Part shown: positions 1-13,137 of the stretch, one piece after another | How the letters are laid out: each line of letters opens with the position of its first letter | Numbering within the stretch: position 1 is the first letter of the stretch | Assembly (NCBI RefSeq): GCF_009914755.1 | Contig: NC_060936.1 | Direction: 5' to 3' (one strand) | Length of the DNA: 64,000 nucleotides | Origin: the human T2T-CHM13v2.0 reference genome, Homo sapiens | Notes under the pieces: model-generated | The model's database searches: none | Seen by the model: only the letters and a program-made list of their open reading frames with translations | What the model was told of the DNA's origin: nothing | Translations under genes and position numbers: made by a program

Positions 1-262
1 GTGTGGGGATCTTTTCCCGTGTTGTTCTCGTGATAGTGACTAAGTCTCAGGAGATCTGATGGTTTTACATAGGGGAGTTCCCCTGCACATGCTCTCATGC
101 CTGCCACCATGTAAGATGTGCCTTTGCTTCTCCTTTGCCTTCCACCATGTTTGTGAGGCCTCCCCAGCCATGTGGAACTGTGAGTCCATTAAACCTCTTT
201 CCTTTATAAATTACCCAGTCTCAGGTATGTCTTTATTAGCAGTGTGAGAATAGACTAATACA
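1..262 (+). mobile_element. THE1/MST (ERVL-MaLR) LTR, 3' part
   Basis: gagatctgatggtttt...ccagccatgtggaactgtgagtccATTAAAcctc...gactaataca terminus. Confidence 0.92.
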
Positions 263-762
263 GTTATCAGGCTTGTAAACATTCCACCCGTACATTATTG
301 ATAATTCTCTGAATCATGAGGATTTTTAATCTGATACACTCACATAAATCAGATTGAGCTACACGGCACCCAGCTTCTGCTATGGATTGACAAAAGCATA
401 AAGATCTAGATTTTTTTTTTTGTCCAAAGATATTACAGTGTTTCATCAGGAGATCCATAAGTCTTATAGAATGATCTAGTCTATCTCAAATGTTATAGCC
501 CTATTCCTAGTCAATGGACTAAAACATCCTTTATAAAGAGGATGCCAGCTGAGTTGTGACAGTCTTCACATATTTAAGGTGAATGTAAGTCATATCTAGA
601 AATTTGTCATTCTCTAATTTTTTGGTTCAGTTTCACACAGAGATAAATGGCTAAAGAGAAAGTAGAATATTTAGCTCATAAACCTCTAATCTGGAAAAAT
701 TTTAAAGCTCAAAATTTCTTCCAGAAACATATTGAGTCAGTATTTCAACATAAATAATTAAC

Positions 763-1059
763 TTTTTTTTTTTTTTGAAACAGAGTCTCACTCTGTCCCC
801 CAGGCTGGAGTGCAGTGGCATGAACACAGCTCACTGCAGCCTTGACCACCGAGGCTCAAGTGATCCTCCCACCTCAGCCTCCTGAGAAGCTGAGACTACA
901 GGTGCATTTGCCACCATGCCTGGCTAACTTATTTGCTATTTGTAGAGACAGGTTCTGCCTATGTTGCCCAGGTGGTCTCAAACACCTGGATACAAGCTAT
1001 CTGCCCATCTCAGCTTCCCGAAGTGCTGGGACTATAGGTATGAACCAATGCACTCAGCC
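763..1059 (-). mobile_element. Alu (AluJ-like)
   Basis: Poly-T then reverse Alu dimer; short TSD ataatta on both sides. Confidence 0.93.
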
Positions 1060-2859
1060 ATAATTATCTTCCTACTCAAATACCTTATAGAGACTATGAA
1101 GGCTAAGTAATAATACACTTTAAACTGTTAAGTTACCTAGAAAGGAAACGATTCTAGAATTGTGAAAGTTGTTGGTTTTGGGGGGTTATTTTTTGGCCTG
1201 GAACTGCAGGTTTAGCTTTTTGAAAAATCCATTGGGTTTTACTATGGGAATTAGGAATGTACTCAAATAATCAGTAATTTAATCCAAACAAGATATTGCT
1301 CTTCCAATTTCCATCAACTGGTGTATCAAGAGAACACCCAAACTATCAAATAGTACATTGCTAGGCTACATGCAAATAAATACACAAATTAAAAAGCCAC
1401 TGAAAAGATTAGAAAGTAAGACACTAGCAGTGGTTCTGTCACACAGAAAATACTAATATATTTTGACTTAAAGAGAGAGAGGAGGAGAGTATGTTCATGA
1501 ACTTTATTTTAGTTTTGTTTTTCCTTCCTACAGCCCTCACAAATACTCCTGGAAGTACACTGCATGAGAGGTTGTAGAAAGCCACTATCCTTTAGGCTAA
1601 GTATATTTTCCATACAAAACAGGTCTACACCTACATATAAAATGTACTGTCTTCTAGAGTCTTTAATTCTGTAACATTATTGCCCCCACAGGTCCAAAAG
1701 AAATGACTTCATGCCCTTCACAAAACTAAGAACAGGGTGGGAAGAGTAAATGTGTTGACAGAGATTTGAGTCGAAGTTCCACAGATGTAATATGAAGAGA
1801 CTTTGGCCCTAGACTGTCACTAATTCTCCATGGAGATTCTACAGCCAAAACCACTTAACTCTAAGCTTTTACAGAATACATAGTATCTTAAGCACTCTCA
1901 AGAAGGAGTTTCCATTAGTGTTATTTTCAAACACACAGCTTTTTTCACTCCATTTTAAAAAGTTTGTCATTTGTGGTTTGGCCCATCAGCAGTGATGAAT
2001 GACCCTGAAAGACATCAAGAAGTCCAGTCTGGTTTCAATAACCCTGAAGATATTGGATGCATTTGAAGGGGATTCTTTTTTTCTTTCCAAAACCTTTTCT
2101 CAGTTCAATTTTTCTTCTATGCCACATCTCATACAAAAAAATTCTTCAGATTTCCCTAACTCCATGAACTTGACCTCCTATATGCCGTTTCTTGAGGTCA
2201 TCTCACTCTGCTTATCCCCCTATCTCTGAAAGACAAGCTCCTTGGTAGTCTAGGACCATCCCAAGAGTGACGAGACTGGTTCTAATCAAATATTTGATCC
2301 CCTACTGCCTAAAAGTTTAGACACTCTTTAATGCATTTTTGTCTTTGTGTCCATGTCCCCACACTAACAAACAAGCATTTTGAGGCGTTGTTCCTCCAGC
2401 ATATATAAACATGGCTGGTGGTCCCTTCTCAGACAAAATCACACCCGTTCAGTAAAACAACTTAACAGAAAGTGAAAAAACAAAAACAAAAACAAACACC
2501 TCCAGAACAACAGAAGGAAACGAGTCTAAATATATAACCACAAGATTGCCTTTTTTAGCAGTTTTAAACATGATTTAAAAATATATAATATAGATTGATT
2601 TCCTGGGAAAAGCTTTCCAAGTTCCAATCAGTTCCAGTCAGGAGACTGATTGTGTTGGTTCACATAAATGGTAAATATATTCATATTTTTTCTAATAGTA
2701 ACAATTATAACTAACATTAACTTATGACTCACGGTGGAATAATGCTTTTCTACTTTGTGAAATATATTAATTTTTAAGAATTTCTTCAAAATTTTTTAGA
2801 CACTTCCTTCAAGAAAGTAGTATAATCCAGTCATTGATTTAAATATTATCTAATGGCTA

Positions 2860-3960
2860 ATGGCTCTTAAATTTATATCTCCAATGCTTATGTCTCTTCT
2901 TGGGTTAAGAAGTATCTCAAAACTTGCATGTGCAAAATGTACCTCTTGATTCTACCTCAACACCATCTCCTCATTTCTCAGCCTCCCTATTTCAGTTAAT
3001 GGCTATATCATCTACCCAGAAGTCAAGCCAATAACCTAGGATTCTTCCTTGAGTCCTCTTTCTCCCTCATCTCCTCCATCCAATCTATCACAAGTCTTTA
3101 TCAGCTCAACCTCTAAAGTGTACACTGAATTTGATCTCCTTTTTTCACAATATCCACTGCAACTGGACCAAAAGCTCTAATTCTAACCATCATCCTCTCC
3201 TGCCTATATTATTATAATGACTTCTTTACTGATCTACGTGTTTTACTCTTTGTCCTCCACTGACTTCCTTCTACACAGAAAACAACAACATAATCTTTTA
3301 AAAATATAAACAAAAATTATATTACTCCCTACTTTGAAACCTTCCAATAATTTCCTATTGCATGTCAATAAAATCCAAACTCTTTCCATGGCTTACGAGG
3401 GCCCTCAATCATTGTTCTCGCATCATCTCATCTTTCTCTTCTTCACCAGGCTCCAGCCACAGTGCCCCTCTGTTCCTTGAACACACCAAATTAATTCCTA
3501 CCTCAAGATCTTTGCATCTACTAGTTCTCCTGCATGGAATGCTCTTTTCCCATAAGTTTTCAGGAAAGGTACCTATTTTTTATTCAGGTCTTAGCTCAAA
3601 TGCTGGCTCTCCAGAAGGGCCTTCTTGGAAATGACCACCCTGCTTCAAGTACCCAATTCACTCTCTAATACCCTCTTTCATTTTCTTCACACAGTGAAAC
3701 TATGTTACTGTTTTAATTTGCTTATCAATTCCTGCCTCAAGAAAGCGAATTCTGTGACAGGAAGGATATCACATGTCTTGTTCATTGCTACAACCCTAAG
3801 TCTTGGCACAAAGCACAGGGCAGCCAAAAAATAAAAAACACAGTCATATATTTAAATAAAGCTTATTCATATTACATGTAATGCATGACAAAATAATATT
3901 GACTATGTTTCTAGATTTTATGTAGATACTAAGTAAATATTTGTATCATGGATAAATGAA
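2860..3960 (+). mobile_element. L2 3' region, degraded (approximate bounds)
   Basis: tcagttaatggctatatcatctacccag...aagccaataacctagg...ccttgagtcctctttctccctca and downstream L2-like blocks. Confidence 0.75.
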
Positions 3961-4488
3961 CTGGTCTACAACTTACAAGATTCAAGTTTTAATTCTAGCT
4001 CTACCACTTAGTAATCTTATGACTTTATTTGAGCCTCATGACATGCAAAATAAAAAGAGCTAGAAAATAAAAAAGAGACAATGTAATGTAATTCAACTGG
4101 AAAATAAAAAGAGACAATGTAATATATTAAGTGGATCAAAAGATAAAATGCATCAGAAAATATGTTTTAAACTATAAAGTGTAGTATAGCTAAATGGTAT
4201 TATAAGAAAATGGTGCATGAGTAAGCTTATTTGGTGTTATTTTTATATACATTTGGAGTAAGCAAACTCTCAATTTCCTTTTGAATTAAACACGTCTTGT
4301 CTCTTAGGATAATTTTTTCTGGATTTATAAAGACAAGCCTTATACATTCGTCTATTGATTTTAGACTTGTGAGGTTGTAGAGAAGCAAGTCGTGATTTTT
4401 CTTCACATGGGTTAAAAACTAAAGCTTATAATCTCTTCTAACTCAGTTGTATTAATCTGTCCATTCTGCTGAGACTGTCCTCTATTCA

Positions 4489-4686
<198 letters not shown>

Positions 4687-4773
4687 CTACCTAAATAACG
4701 ACTTTAACACACAGTATTATGGTGAGTAGGATGCCTGTGAGAGTCATTTTTCAAGACCAACTGGGAATTCAGC

Positions 4774-4885
4774 TAGATCGACCAAACATCCTAAATTGCT
4801 GAGGACAGAGGGGTTTCCAGGACATGGGACTTTCAGTACTAAAACCAGAAAAATGTCAGAAAAATCAGGACCACTTGTCACCCTA
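4774..4885. mobile_element. MER81 (hAT-Blackjack MITE), full length
   Basis: 112 bp, degenerate TIRs tagatcgacc / gtcacccta, core gggactttcagtactaaaacc, 8-bp TSD aattcagc (4766-4773) / aattcaac (4886-4893). Confidence 0.8.
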
Positions 4886-5004
4886 AATTCAACAGAACCT
4901 TCTTTGCATTTTTTTTGCAATTATATTCCTTGTCAAAAATAGTGAAGTTGTTTAGGAACTTGGAACAGGGTGGTTAAAAATAACACTAATGAGGAAAGTC
5001 CTCT

Positions 5005-5130
5005 TAGTATTCTAGTTTTACAAATGATGGGGAGGTGACGTACAGAGAAACTAAGTAACCTGCCTAAAACCATTTAGCATGTAATATGCAAGGATCTGGA
5101 ATCCTTGGCCACTGTGTATCTTGCTTAAGC
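5005..5130 (-). mobile_element. MIR fragment
   Basis: ttttacaaatga...agaaactaagtaacctgcctaa core. Confidence 0.6.
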
Positions 5131-5176
5131 ACTATGCATGATTCACATTTTCTGAACCTGGCAAGGAGAGGGGACT

Positions 5177-5347
5177 CTAGAGTCTTGCTGCTCAAAAGTT
5201 TCAGCCAAGGACCACCAGCATCAGCATCAACTGGGAGTTTATTAAAAACAGAAAATCTCAGCCCTGCCTCCAAATACGAATCACATTATGTATTTGACCA
5301 ATACTCAGAGGCACTTTATAAACACCATTTGAGAGGCCCTGCTCTAG
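5177..5347. mobile_element. MER5A-like (hAT-Charlie)
   Basis: accagcatcagcatcaactgggagtttattaaaaacagaaaatctcagccc...tttgagaggccctgctctaga. Confidence 0.75.
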
Positions 5348-7256
5348 AAGACTGGTTTGCCAACATTCTTTAATGTGACCTCCTTAGGCTGGGCACAAGA
5401 CTCCTTGGCTCATCTACTCTACCCATTCTAATTTTCTCAAACCAGTGTCATAGGATCAGGAGCAAAAATAAATAAGTAAAACAAAGAAAATGATAATATG
5501 CTTTGTAAACATCATCCTAGAAATAAAATAATATACAAAAGGAAATTCAGTGAAGTTGCAAAGGAAAAGAAGTGCTCCTTTTGGCAAGCTAGGATGCAGC
5601 AAGTGGGAAAACTTACTTGGCACATGCAGCAGCAACTACAGGGGAGGTATTGCCTTTGATAGGAAACTAGAAAATACATGTATGAAATAAATGGTTTCTT
5701 TTTTAAAAATTTTATTTGAACTTATAGTCAAGTTCCTCCAGACAAGTCTTCAGAACTTGTTTTTTGTGACACAATAACAAAATGAGAAAAAGGTAAATTT
5801 AATTTAGTCTGTTGCCCATGATCTTTAAGTGTTTTGGCTTTGCATGCCATAGAAACATGATGGAAGACGAAAATCCATTGAGGCAATCTATTAGCTGTCA
5901 AATTGCACTTGCAGAGAACTAAAAGAGGTAATTATTTAGGAAGAGCTTCAGTTCATACACTTTCTTTGAGTCTTTGATAGCAAAGTCTGACCACATAGAC
6001 TTGAAAAACAGTGTTATAAATGCGTTATGAAACATTATTTTATTCCTCTTAAATGGCAGTTATTTCTTCTTCACTTTTACAGATTGTAATTGTCATTCTG
6101 TTCTTATGTTTTGAAAAGATTTGATTTTAAGAAGCGCAGCTCTGTCAATCAAAGGAATACCTTTAAACAATCTCACACTATGTCTCTGCACAAAAAAACA
6201 AAGTGGAGAAGCCAGTCTCATCTGCCTTTATAATTCCAAATCTAGCAATGCCTGGCACATGTCATTCAAGGAATGTTTGTTCAATAAATCAAAGAAGGAA
6301 TAAATCAATGATTCTGAAATTAAGTAAAGTTGGTTGGTTCAATTCTCCATTCCCATTTCTAGTATAGATACAAATCACGAATCTTTCCAGTATAGACTCA
6401 AAGCTTTTATGGAATAAATGAGCCCCACTCTTCCTGAGCATTGGAAGCAATGGTCCCTGACCTTGATTGAGAATGGGGACGACATTCTCTCTTCTTAGCA
6501 CCCCACTTTGAAACATCAATGACAAGGACCATCAATGGATGCCAATACTAACCTATCTGTGAACCTCTTACTTCCCTTCCCCTCCCATGTCCCCAGTCAT
6601 TCTAGGCTCTCTGGCTGAGGATCTCCAGCACTGATGTTTTGTCATTGTTGTTGTTTGTTCCATGTCTATCTCTCCCACTAGACTGTGAACTCGTTAGCAG
6701 CAAAGATTTTCATCTTTAGAATCTATCCCAATGCCTAAAATATAGCATGGTAATTCCTAAAGAAATGTCTGATGAAATAATAAATGGGTAATACGAAAAG
6801 CATTTTCTATTCATACGAGGTCCTTTCAGAAATCACAGAGGTAAAACAATTATGGAAAATGCACAAATCCTGACCAAGGGTGAAGTAATTTCCACCATGC
6901 TTCCAGGTTTATATTTTTAAAATGCAAATCTGTGCATGTAATGACCCGCTTCTTAAAGTGACAACTGGCATCCGGTTGCCTTTCAGCATCTTTAGCATCG
7001 TCTAAAAGCTGCTCAGGAGTTTACTCTCGAGCTTCATGCCTTGATACTTCCCACATCAGAACCCTTCCTCCAATGACACTGAACTACTTTTAATCTCCTG
7101 AAGATACCAAGATTTCTCACCTACTTACCCACTTCTTCCCTGTGAATATACTGCTCCTGCTGTTAAAACATGTTTTACATTTTTTCTCCAACTTGCCAAG
7201 TCTTACCTATTTTTAAGGATTCTATGAAAGAGTCACTACCTCCTTTAAATCTTTAC

Positions 7257-7683
7257 CAACCTAAATGTCCAACAACAATAGACTGGATTAAGAAAATGTG
7301 GCACATATACACCATGGAATACTATGCAGCCATAAAAAATGATGAGTTCATGTCCTTTGTACGGACATGGATGAAACTGGAAACCATCATTCTCAGCAAA
7401 CTATCGCAAGGACAAAAAACGAAACACCGCATGTTCTCACTCATACGTGGGAATTGAACAATGAGAACACATGGACACAGGAAGGGGAACATCACACACT
7501 GGGGACTGTTGTGGGGTGGGGGGATGGGGGAGGGATAGCATTAGGAGATATACCTAATGCTAAATGACGAGTTAATGGGTGCAGCACACCAACATGGCAC
7601 ATGTATACATATGTAACAAACTTGCATGTTGTGCACATGTACCCTAAAACTTACAGTATAATAATAATAAAATTTTAAAAAAA
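7257..7683 (+). mobile_element. L1PA3-like 5'-truncated element
   Basis: ORF2 C-terminus (KKMWHIYTMEYYAAIK...MFSLI), 3'UTR gctaaatgacgagttaat, A tail, TSD aaatctttac at 7247-7256 and 7684-7693. Confidence 0.93.
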
Positions 7684-10084
7684 AAATCTTTACTGACCAG
7701 ATAGTTTCCCTTCTCTCTCAAAAACTTCAAGGATGGCCATTATGGGCCATAGCATTCTTTGTATAGCTTTATAACACCATAACCCACCATACAGTAATTA
7801 GTTTCCCTTCCTGGTCTGTCTAACTAGGCTGTGGACTCCCTGCAGATTTCAGTCTTTTATCTTTGGAATTCTTAATGCCTAGCAATGTACCTGTATCAAT
7901 AAATGAATGCACATCCACAGAAGATGCTCTGAGGCTTGGGGTAGAGATGAGTAAAATGGTGGTAAGACGGTGAAATGGAGATTTGTAACATACAAAGTGG
8001 AGAAGTGAGGCAAGCATTCTAAAAAAGAAATCACTCTTCTTCGAGCATTTTATTATTTTAGATAATAGTTACTTTTCATTATTCTGTTTTGTGAAAGTAG
8101 ATAAGAACACTTCATCATAAAATGTCCAGAAAAATCAAATGGTGTTGGGTGCTGGGGGGTGTGAGGAGACAATCTGAATCACACCTGCCTCATTCTTCCA
8201 TTTTATGAGGTATATACAGGTCTCAGCCATTGAATGCCATGAAGCCCACTTTGGCTAATAAGCCAAACCTTATTAAAAGAAAGCATAGAATTGTTTTGGA
8301 ACCAAGAATTGAACATGGTATGGAATTCTCCTCCGGTAGAGAAGTTTACAAGTCTCTTACATGCATGTATAGCACAAGTTTGACAGTGTGCTTTATCCCA
8401 TTCTAACCCACCAAGTTTCTAAATGTATTTAAGATTGCAGTGAGGGATTTAGAATTTCCACAGTTCCTGAAGAGGAGATTTCAAAATCAGCTGACCAAAG
8501 TCTCCGATTATAAACAGGCTGCTCAACTCACTGTGGGCCAACTGGCACTAAAGGTTGGTCACGGGTTCCCAGGCACAGAAGAAAATGCTCTAAGTCCAAT
8601 CAACACTGGGAGAGCACTTATTTGGGTTCCCAGAACTAGCACACAGTGGGAAAAAGGATTAATGTTCTCTGCTTACCAGTCATCTCTGTAGGACCTGCAA
8701 TTCAACCACTGAAACTCATTTGAGAGAATCAGGCTTTTATAAGCAGATTCTGTTTGGCCTATGGCTTGGGAAATCTGGAACTGAGCCCTGAAGAAAGACT
8801 GGTCTTTATCAAACTGGCAAATGTCTTTTCCATGAGATGTGCAGAAGGGAGAGTGCTGTGCAGAAATATACAGGGATATCCATCCTCCACTGTACTAGGA
8901 TTTATTACCACAGAATTGTATACCATGGATTGGAGGGACACCCCTAGATTGTTTTCATTTTTTTTTAATCAAGTCAAAGTCCTTTTAATATTTGGTAACC
9001 TCCTGATTTCAGAGGTGTTATCTATTGCAAGTTATCAACTGCTTTTCTATCTCCACTTGTAGTACAAAGTCAAATTTCAAATAAAAGTGTAACCATGAAA
9101 GGGACAGTTGCTGAGTGGAGAAAATGAAAATAAGGACCAAAATAGCAGACTCTGGCCATTTATCAATTTTATTGTTTGAAGTAGCTTCCCTTCCAGAGCA
9201 CTGCCTAATTTGGAAGTGGTGCTACAAAAAGTAGTCAGTGATCCGGACAAGTGTTTCAGAAGGCAGAACAATAAGAAAATGAGGGCAGATGTGGCCAGAA
9301 GGCTTGAGCTCTAGACACTAACAGCTCTAGAACTGGTTGTTAATGAATGTCTCAGAGGTTAACTTTGAAACTATGTTACACTATCATATTCTGTAAGAAT
9401 TTGGTTTATAAGATGATTTATATGCATTTTAATTTTATTGGGCATTAAGTGATTGTTAAGCAAATGCAAACTATTGGCTTAAAACTGAAGATTCTGGTAT
9501 TTTGAATAATAAATTCTAGTTTTCTCAGTAAGATATAGACACCAGCACAATTATCTCATTTTAAAAGTCTTACAAATGATGTTCTATGTTTCCGTCAATT
9601 GCAACATGATACTTCATATATTTAAAGGCTCAATTTTCCAATTTTTCTTCAATATTGCGACATCTTGGCACTTCTTTCAAAAGCCAGATATAAATATGAT
9701 AATGATTGTTTACAAAGCATTCTGAGGTTTTATAGGTTTATAAAGAGCATATATCTAAAAAGAAAAATTCCTTTTTAAGAGTGCCTTATTTATGGGAGCA
9801 TAAGACATATAGACTATCGTATAGGCAGTGTATCATCTAGTTTGGTAACACATTTTTATAAGTAAAAATGGTGGAAAAATGGTCTTATCATATCACATCT
9901 ATTTTTATAGCTGTGCATTATGAGATATTATAAAGAGACAAAATCTGCACTGGTTGGAAACACTATAGAAGCATATTTAAATGAGCAAAATACAAAATGG
10001 TTTTACAATTCTTAACCATTTTCAGAGACTTTAAGCCTGGATTTTTTTCCAGATTAAACTAAAATTAAAATAGTAAATGTGATG

Positions 10085-10640
10085 ATGTGAACATTCTCTG
10101 TCACTATTGTTGCCAATATAAACTGGCACAGCTTTAGTGGAAAACATTATGGCTGTATTCATTTTTAAAAATCTTAAAAATGTGTGCCCTCTTTGACCTA
10201 CCACCACTTCAGTGGAAAGCAACATATTCATCAAGGACCTCAAAGATGTGCATATTATTAGAACTAGTATCCCCACTTCTAGAAATCCAACCTGAGAAAA
10301 TCATCAGAGAAAAGTTTACAGATAAACAGAGATGCGTGAACTTCAATGTTATTTATGTTAGGGAGAAAATAGAAACATTCTAAATGTTCAATTAAAAGGT
10401 AATTGTTAAATAAATTAGAATATTTCCAACATAGAATATTGCATAGTCAGTAAACATGGGGTATTATAAAACTTAAATGAAGGGAGAATAATAAAAAAAA
10501 GTGTAATCAGGAGAAAAATGCTAGATAAATTTAAAATTTTTGTTTTGAAAAATTATTTTTACATGAAATAAATAAAAGACTGAAAAGTAGCATACCACAA
10601 TTTTAACAATGGTTGTCTCCTGGCAGTGATTTTAATGTTC
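10085..10640 (+). mobile_element. Old L1M (L1ME-like) 3' fragment
   Basis: tataaactggcacagcttt...ctttgacc...ccacttctagaaat...taaatgttcaa degraded L1 3' motifs. Confidence 0.6.
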
Positions 10641-10692
10641 TTTTTTATATTTTTTCAAATACTCCTATTAGCACACGTCATTTCTATTATCA

Positions 10693-10890
<198 letters not shown>

Positions 10891-11309
10891 TTAGAGAAAG
10901 CTGGAAAAAGTTTCACACATGCGTACATTCAGTCTTAGAAACCTAACATATTCTGCTATGCCAGTATGTCCATTGTAACTATGATAACAATGACTTCATC
11001 CAAAACTCCCTAATTAAAACAATACTTGCTTTTGGTAAGTCCTGAAAGGCTTACCTGCAATTATAGTGGCAAACTTATGAGAAAGTTAGAAAAAAATTCT
11101 ACTTACAGGTTAGGTAATTGACCCTGTCAGATTGCTAAGTAGGGGGAATAAAGGGATGGAGAACCCAGAGTTTTCAACAACCAGTCAAGCCCTTTCCAAG
11201 CAATACTAAATACTCCGGGAGAAAAAAGAATGTTCTGTTGTTTTGGGGTCCTCACTGTGGATCTTTACTAAAACTGTCAGCATTAATATCCAAAGAAGAC
11301 TTACTTCCA

Positions 11310-11473
11310 TTTTTTTTTTTTGAGACACGGTATCACTTCATTGCCCAGGCTAGAGTGTAGTAGCGTGATCATGGCTCACTGCAGCCTCGACCTCCCCAGG
11401 CTCAGGTGATCCTCCCACCTCAGCCTCCCAGTTAGCCGGGACTACAGGCATGCGCCATCATGCTCAGCTAATT
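11310..11473 (-). mobile_element. Alu right arm (FRAM/AluJ)
   Basis: Poly-T, gagacacgg...ctcagcctccc...gctaatt. Confidence 0.9.
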
Positions 11474-11659
11474 ACATTTCTACAAATAATACCAGTTGCC
11501 GATTTTGTCATTTTAGTATGAAATATAATGCAATTATTTAAGATTTTCTGGTTATTGATCTAGCTCCATCTTGTTGTAAGAGTATCTGGGAACCAGATCG
11601 TTGAGATTAGAACAGTTAATTCCCAACCGCTGTTCATTTTGCAATGTTTGCAAATGTAC

Positions 11660-11823
11660 CAGCATACATTTGGCAATGTTTTGATTGTTGTAACTGAGGT
11701 TGCTACTGGCACCTGGTAGCTAGAAGCCAGGGATGCTGCCAAACGTCCTAACACAGAGGGCAGCCCCTAGAACAAAATTTATTTGGCTCAAAATGTCCAT
11801 AGTGTCTTTACTGAGAAACCCTG
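11660..11823. mobile_element. MER20 fragment
   Basis: tgctactggcacctggtag...gccagggatgctgccaaac...aaatgtccatagtg...tgagaaaccctg. Confidence 0.8.
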
Positions 11824-11968
11824 GATTAGAACTCTTGCAATGGAGACTGCCATAGAGAGAAGTCACAGAGGTGAGGTAATATATATTACTACCCACACAT
11901 TCTTGCTCATAAATCATTTATAAACACTGACTTGGTTTCATTTCTAAAAGAGAGAAAAAGTGTCTTAC

Positions 11969-12009
11969 AGCAAGAACAGCTGCTATGGGAATTGCTGCAT
12001 TCATGAAGA
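11969..12009 (-). CDS. ABCC9: ABCC9 coding exon 11 (c.1619-1659, 41-nt exon)
   Basis: (I)FMNAAIPIAAVLA; cag| and |gtaaga; phase matches both neighbours. Confidence 0.96.
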
Positions 12010-12775
12010 CTGTGGAAAGAAATAAAATGCATTAGTTTCATTGAACTGTGAAAACATTTTCAGTAACTTTAATCATCTATTATTGCTTTAACTTTCTTTG
12101 AAGACAGGAAGGACAAAGAGTATTAAATGTCATTTTGTCTGGAGTCCACAAACATTTACCAGTTAATATCTACTTGTGTGCAGTTTTATGAGTTCCCATA
12201 CATTAGTCTTAACCAGTTTCTGTTTTTCTTTATTGAATTTTTTTCTTATGAAATGTTACAAACAAAAGAATCCATATAAAATCATCCTTTAATGATAAAA
12301 ATTATTAGAATTTACAAATGTGTATTCTACAGAGGGGTTACAGTCTATCTTTTGTTTAGTCCACTAAACTAATTTAAATATGTGAAATCAGGTTATTACA
12401 CAGATTAAAAACAAGAACTTGACATCACTTCGAGTTCTCTTTCCAGCAGTGTTATTAATATTCATTTATGGCCCTTTCAGTTAATAAAATAACTCCATAT
12501 CCTGGACTCTCTGCGTGTCTAAATATCTCTCCTGGAATATATTTAACTGTCATTGGATCAGCATGATATGCCTAGTTGAAATAAGAAAAACTCACATTTT
12601 AGCTTGAAATACTAGTGTTTGGAAGTAACAGTAAAAATAAAAAGCCAAGTTGTTGATTTATAGTCATACAGTCATAAACTATAGAATTTTAGGAACCAAG
12701 AAACCAAAGATAAAGTGAATTGTTTGTAACAGAGCCAGGCAACAGCAGAGTGAGAAGCTAGAATCTAATTTTCTT

Positions 12776-12892
12776 TTTTTTTTTTTTTTTTTACTTTTCT
12801 TTTTTTTTTTATTATACTTTAAGTTTTAGGGTACATGTGCACATTGTGCAGGTTAGTTACATATGTATACATGTGCCATGCTGGTGCGCTGC
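12776..12892 (-). mobile_element. Very short L1HS(pre-Ta)/L1PA2-type 3' end insertion
   Basis: About 80 bp of L1 3' terminus plus an A-rich tail; perfect 14-bp TSD aatctaattttctt at 12762-12775 and 12893-12906. Confidence 0.92.
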
Positions 12893-13137
12893 AATCTAAT
12901 TTTCTTAACAGTAGAGGACTCCGGTTTTAAAAATCATCTGCTCTCAGGGATTATCCTTACCACCGTACATAGAACAGAATCAGACTGTGCTTTTGCAAGT
13001 CCAGATATGACTTAGTTGTCAAACATAGACTCTTGTACAGTACCGCGAATCCAAACACTGATCTGAGTTTTGTAATAACACAGATGAGAAGCCACATTTC
13101 TGCCTCAACCTTCTTTCTCTGACCATTGTCACCCTAT

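Noticed and set aside
4062-4123. Direct repeat gaaaataaaaagagacaatgtaat x2
   Set aside because: Simple local duplication within degraded MIR-like DNA; no functional motif
8400-9350. Moderately GC-richer block with 60-102 aa ORFs
   Set aside because: Could not assign it to a gene or repeat family; probably an ancient repeat or unique intron, and a Dfam search is needed
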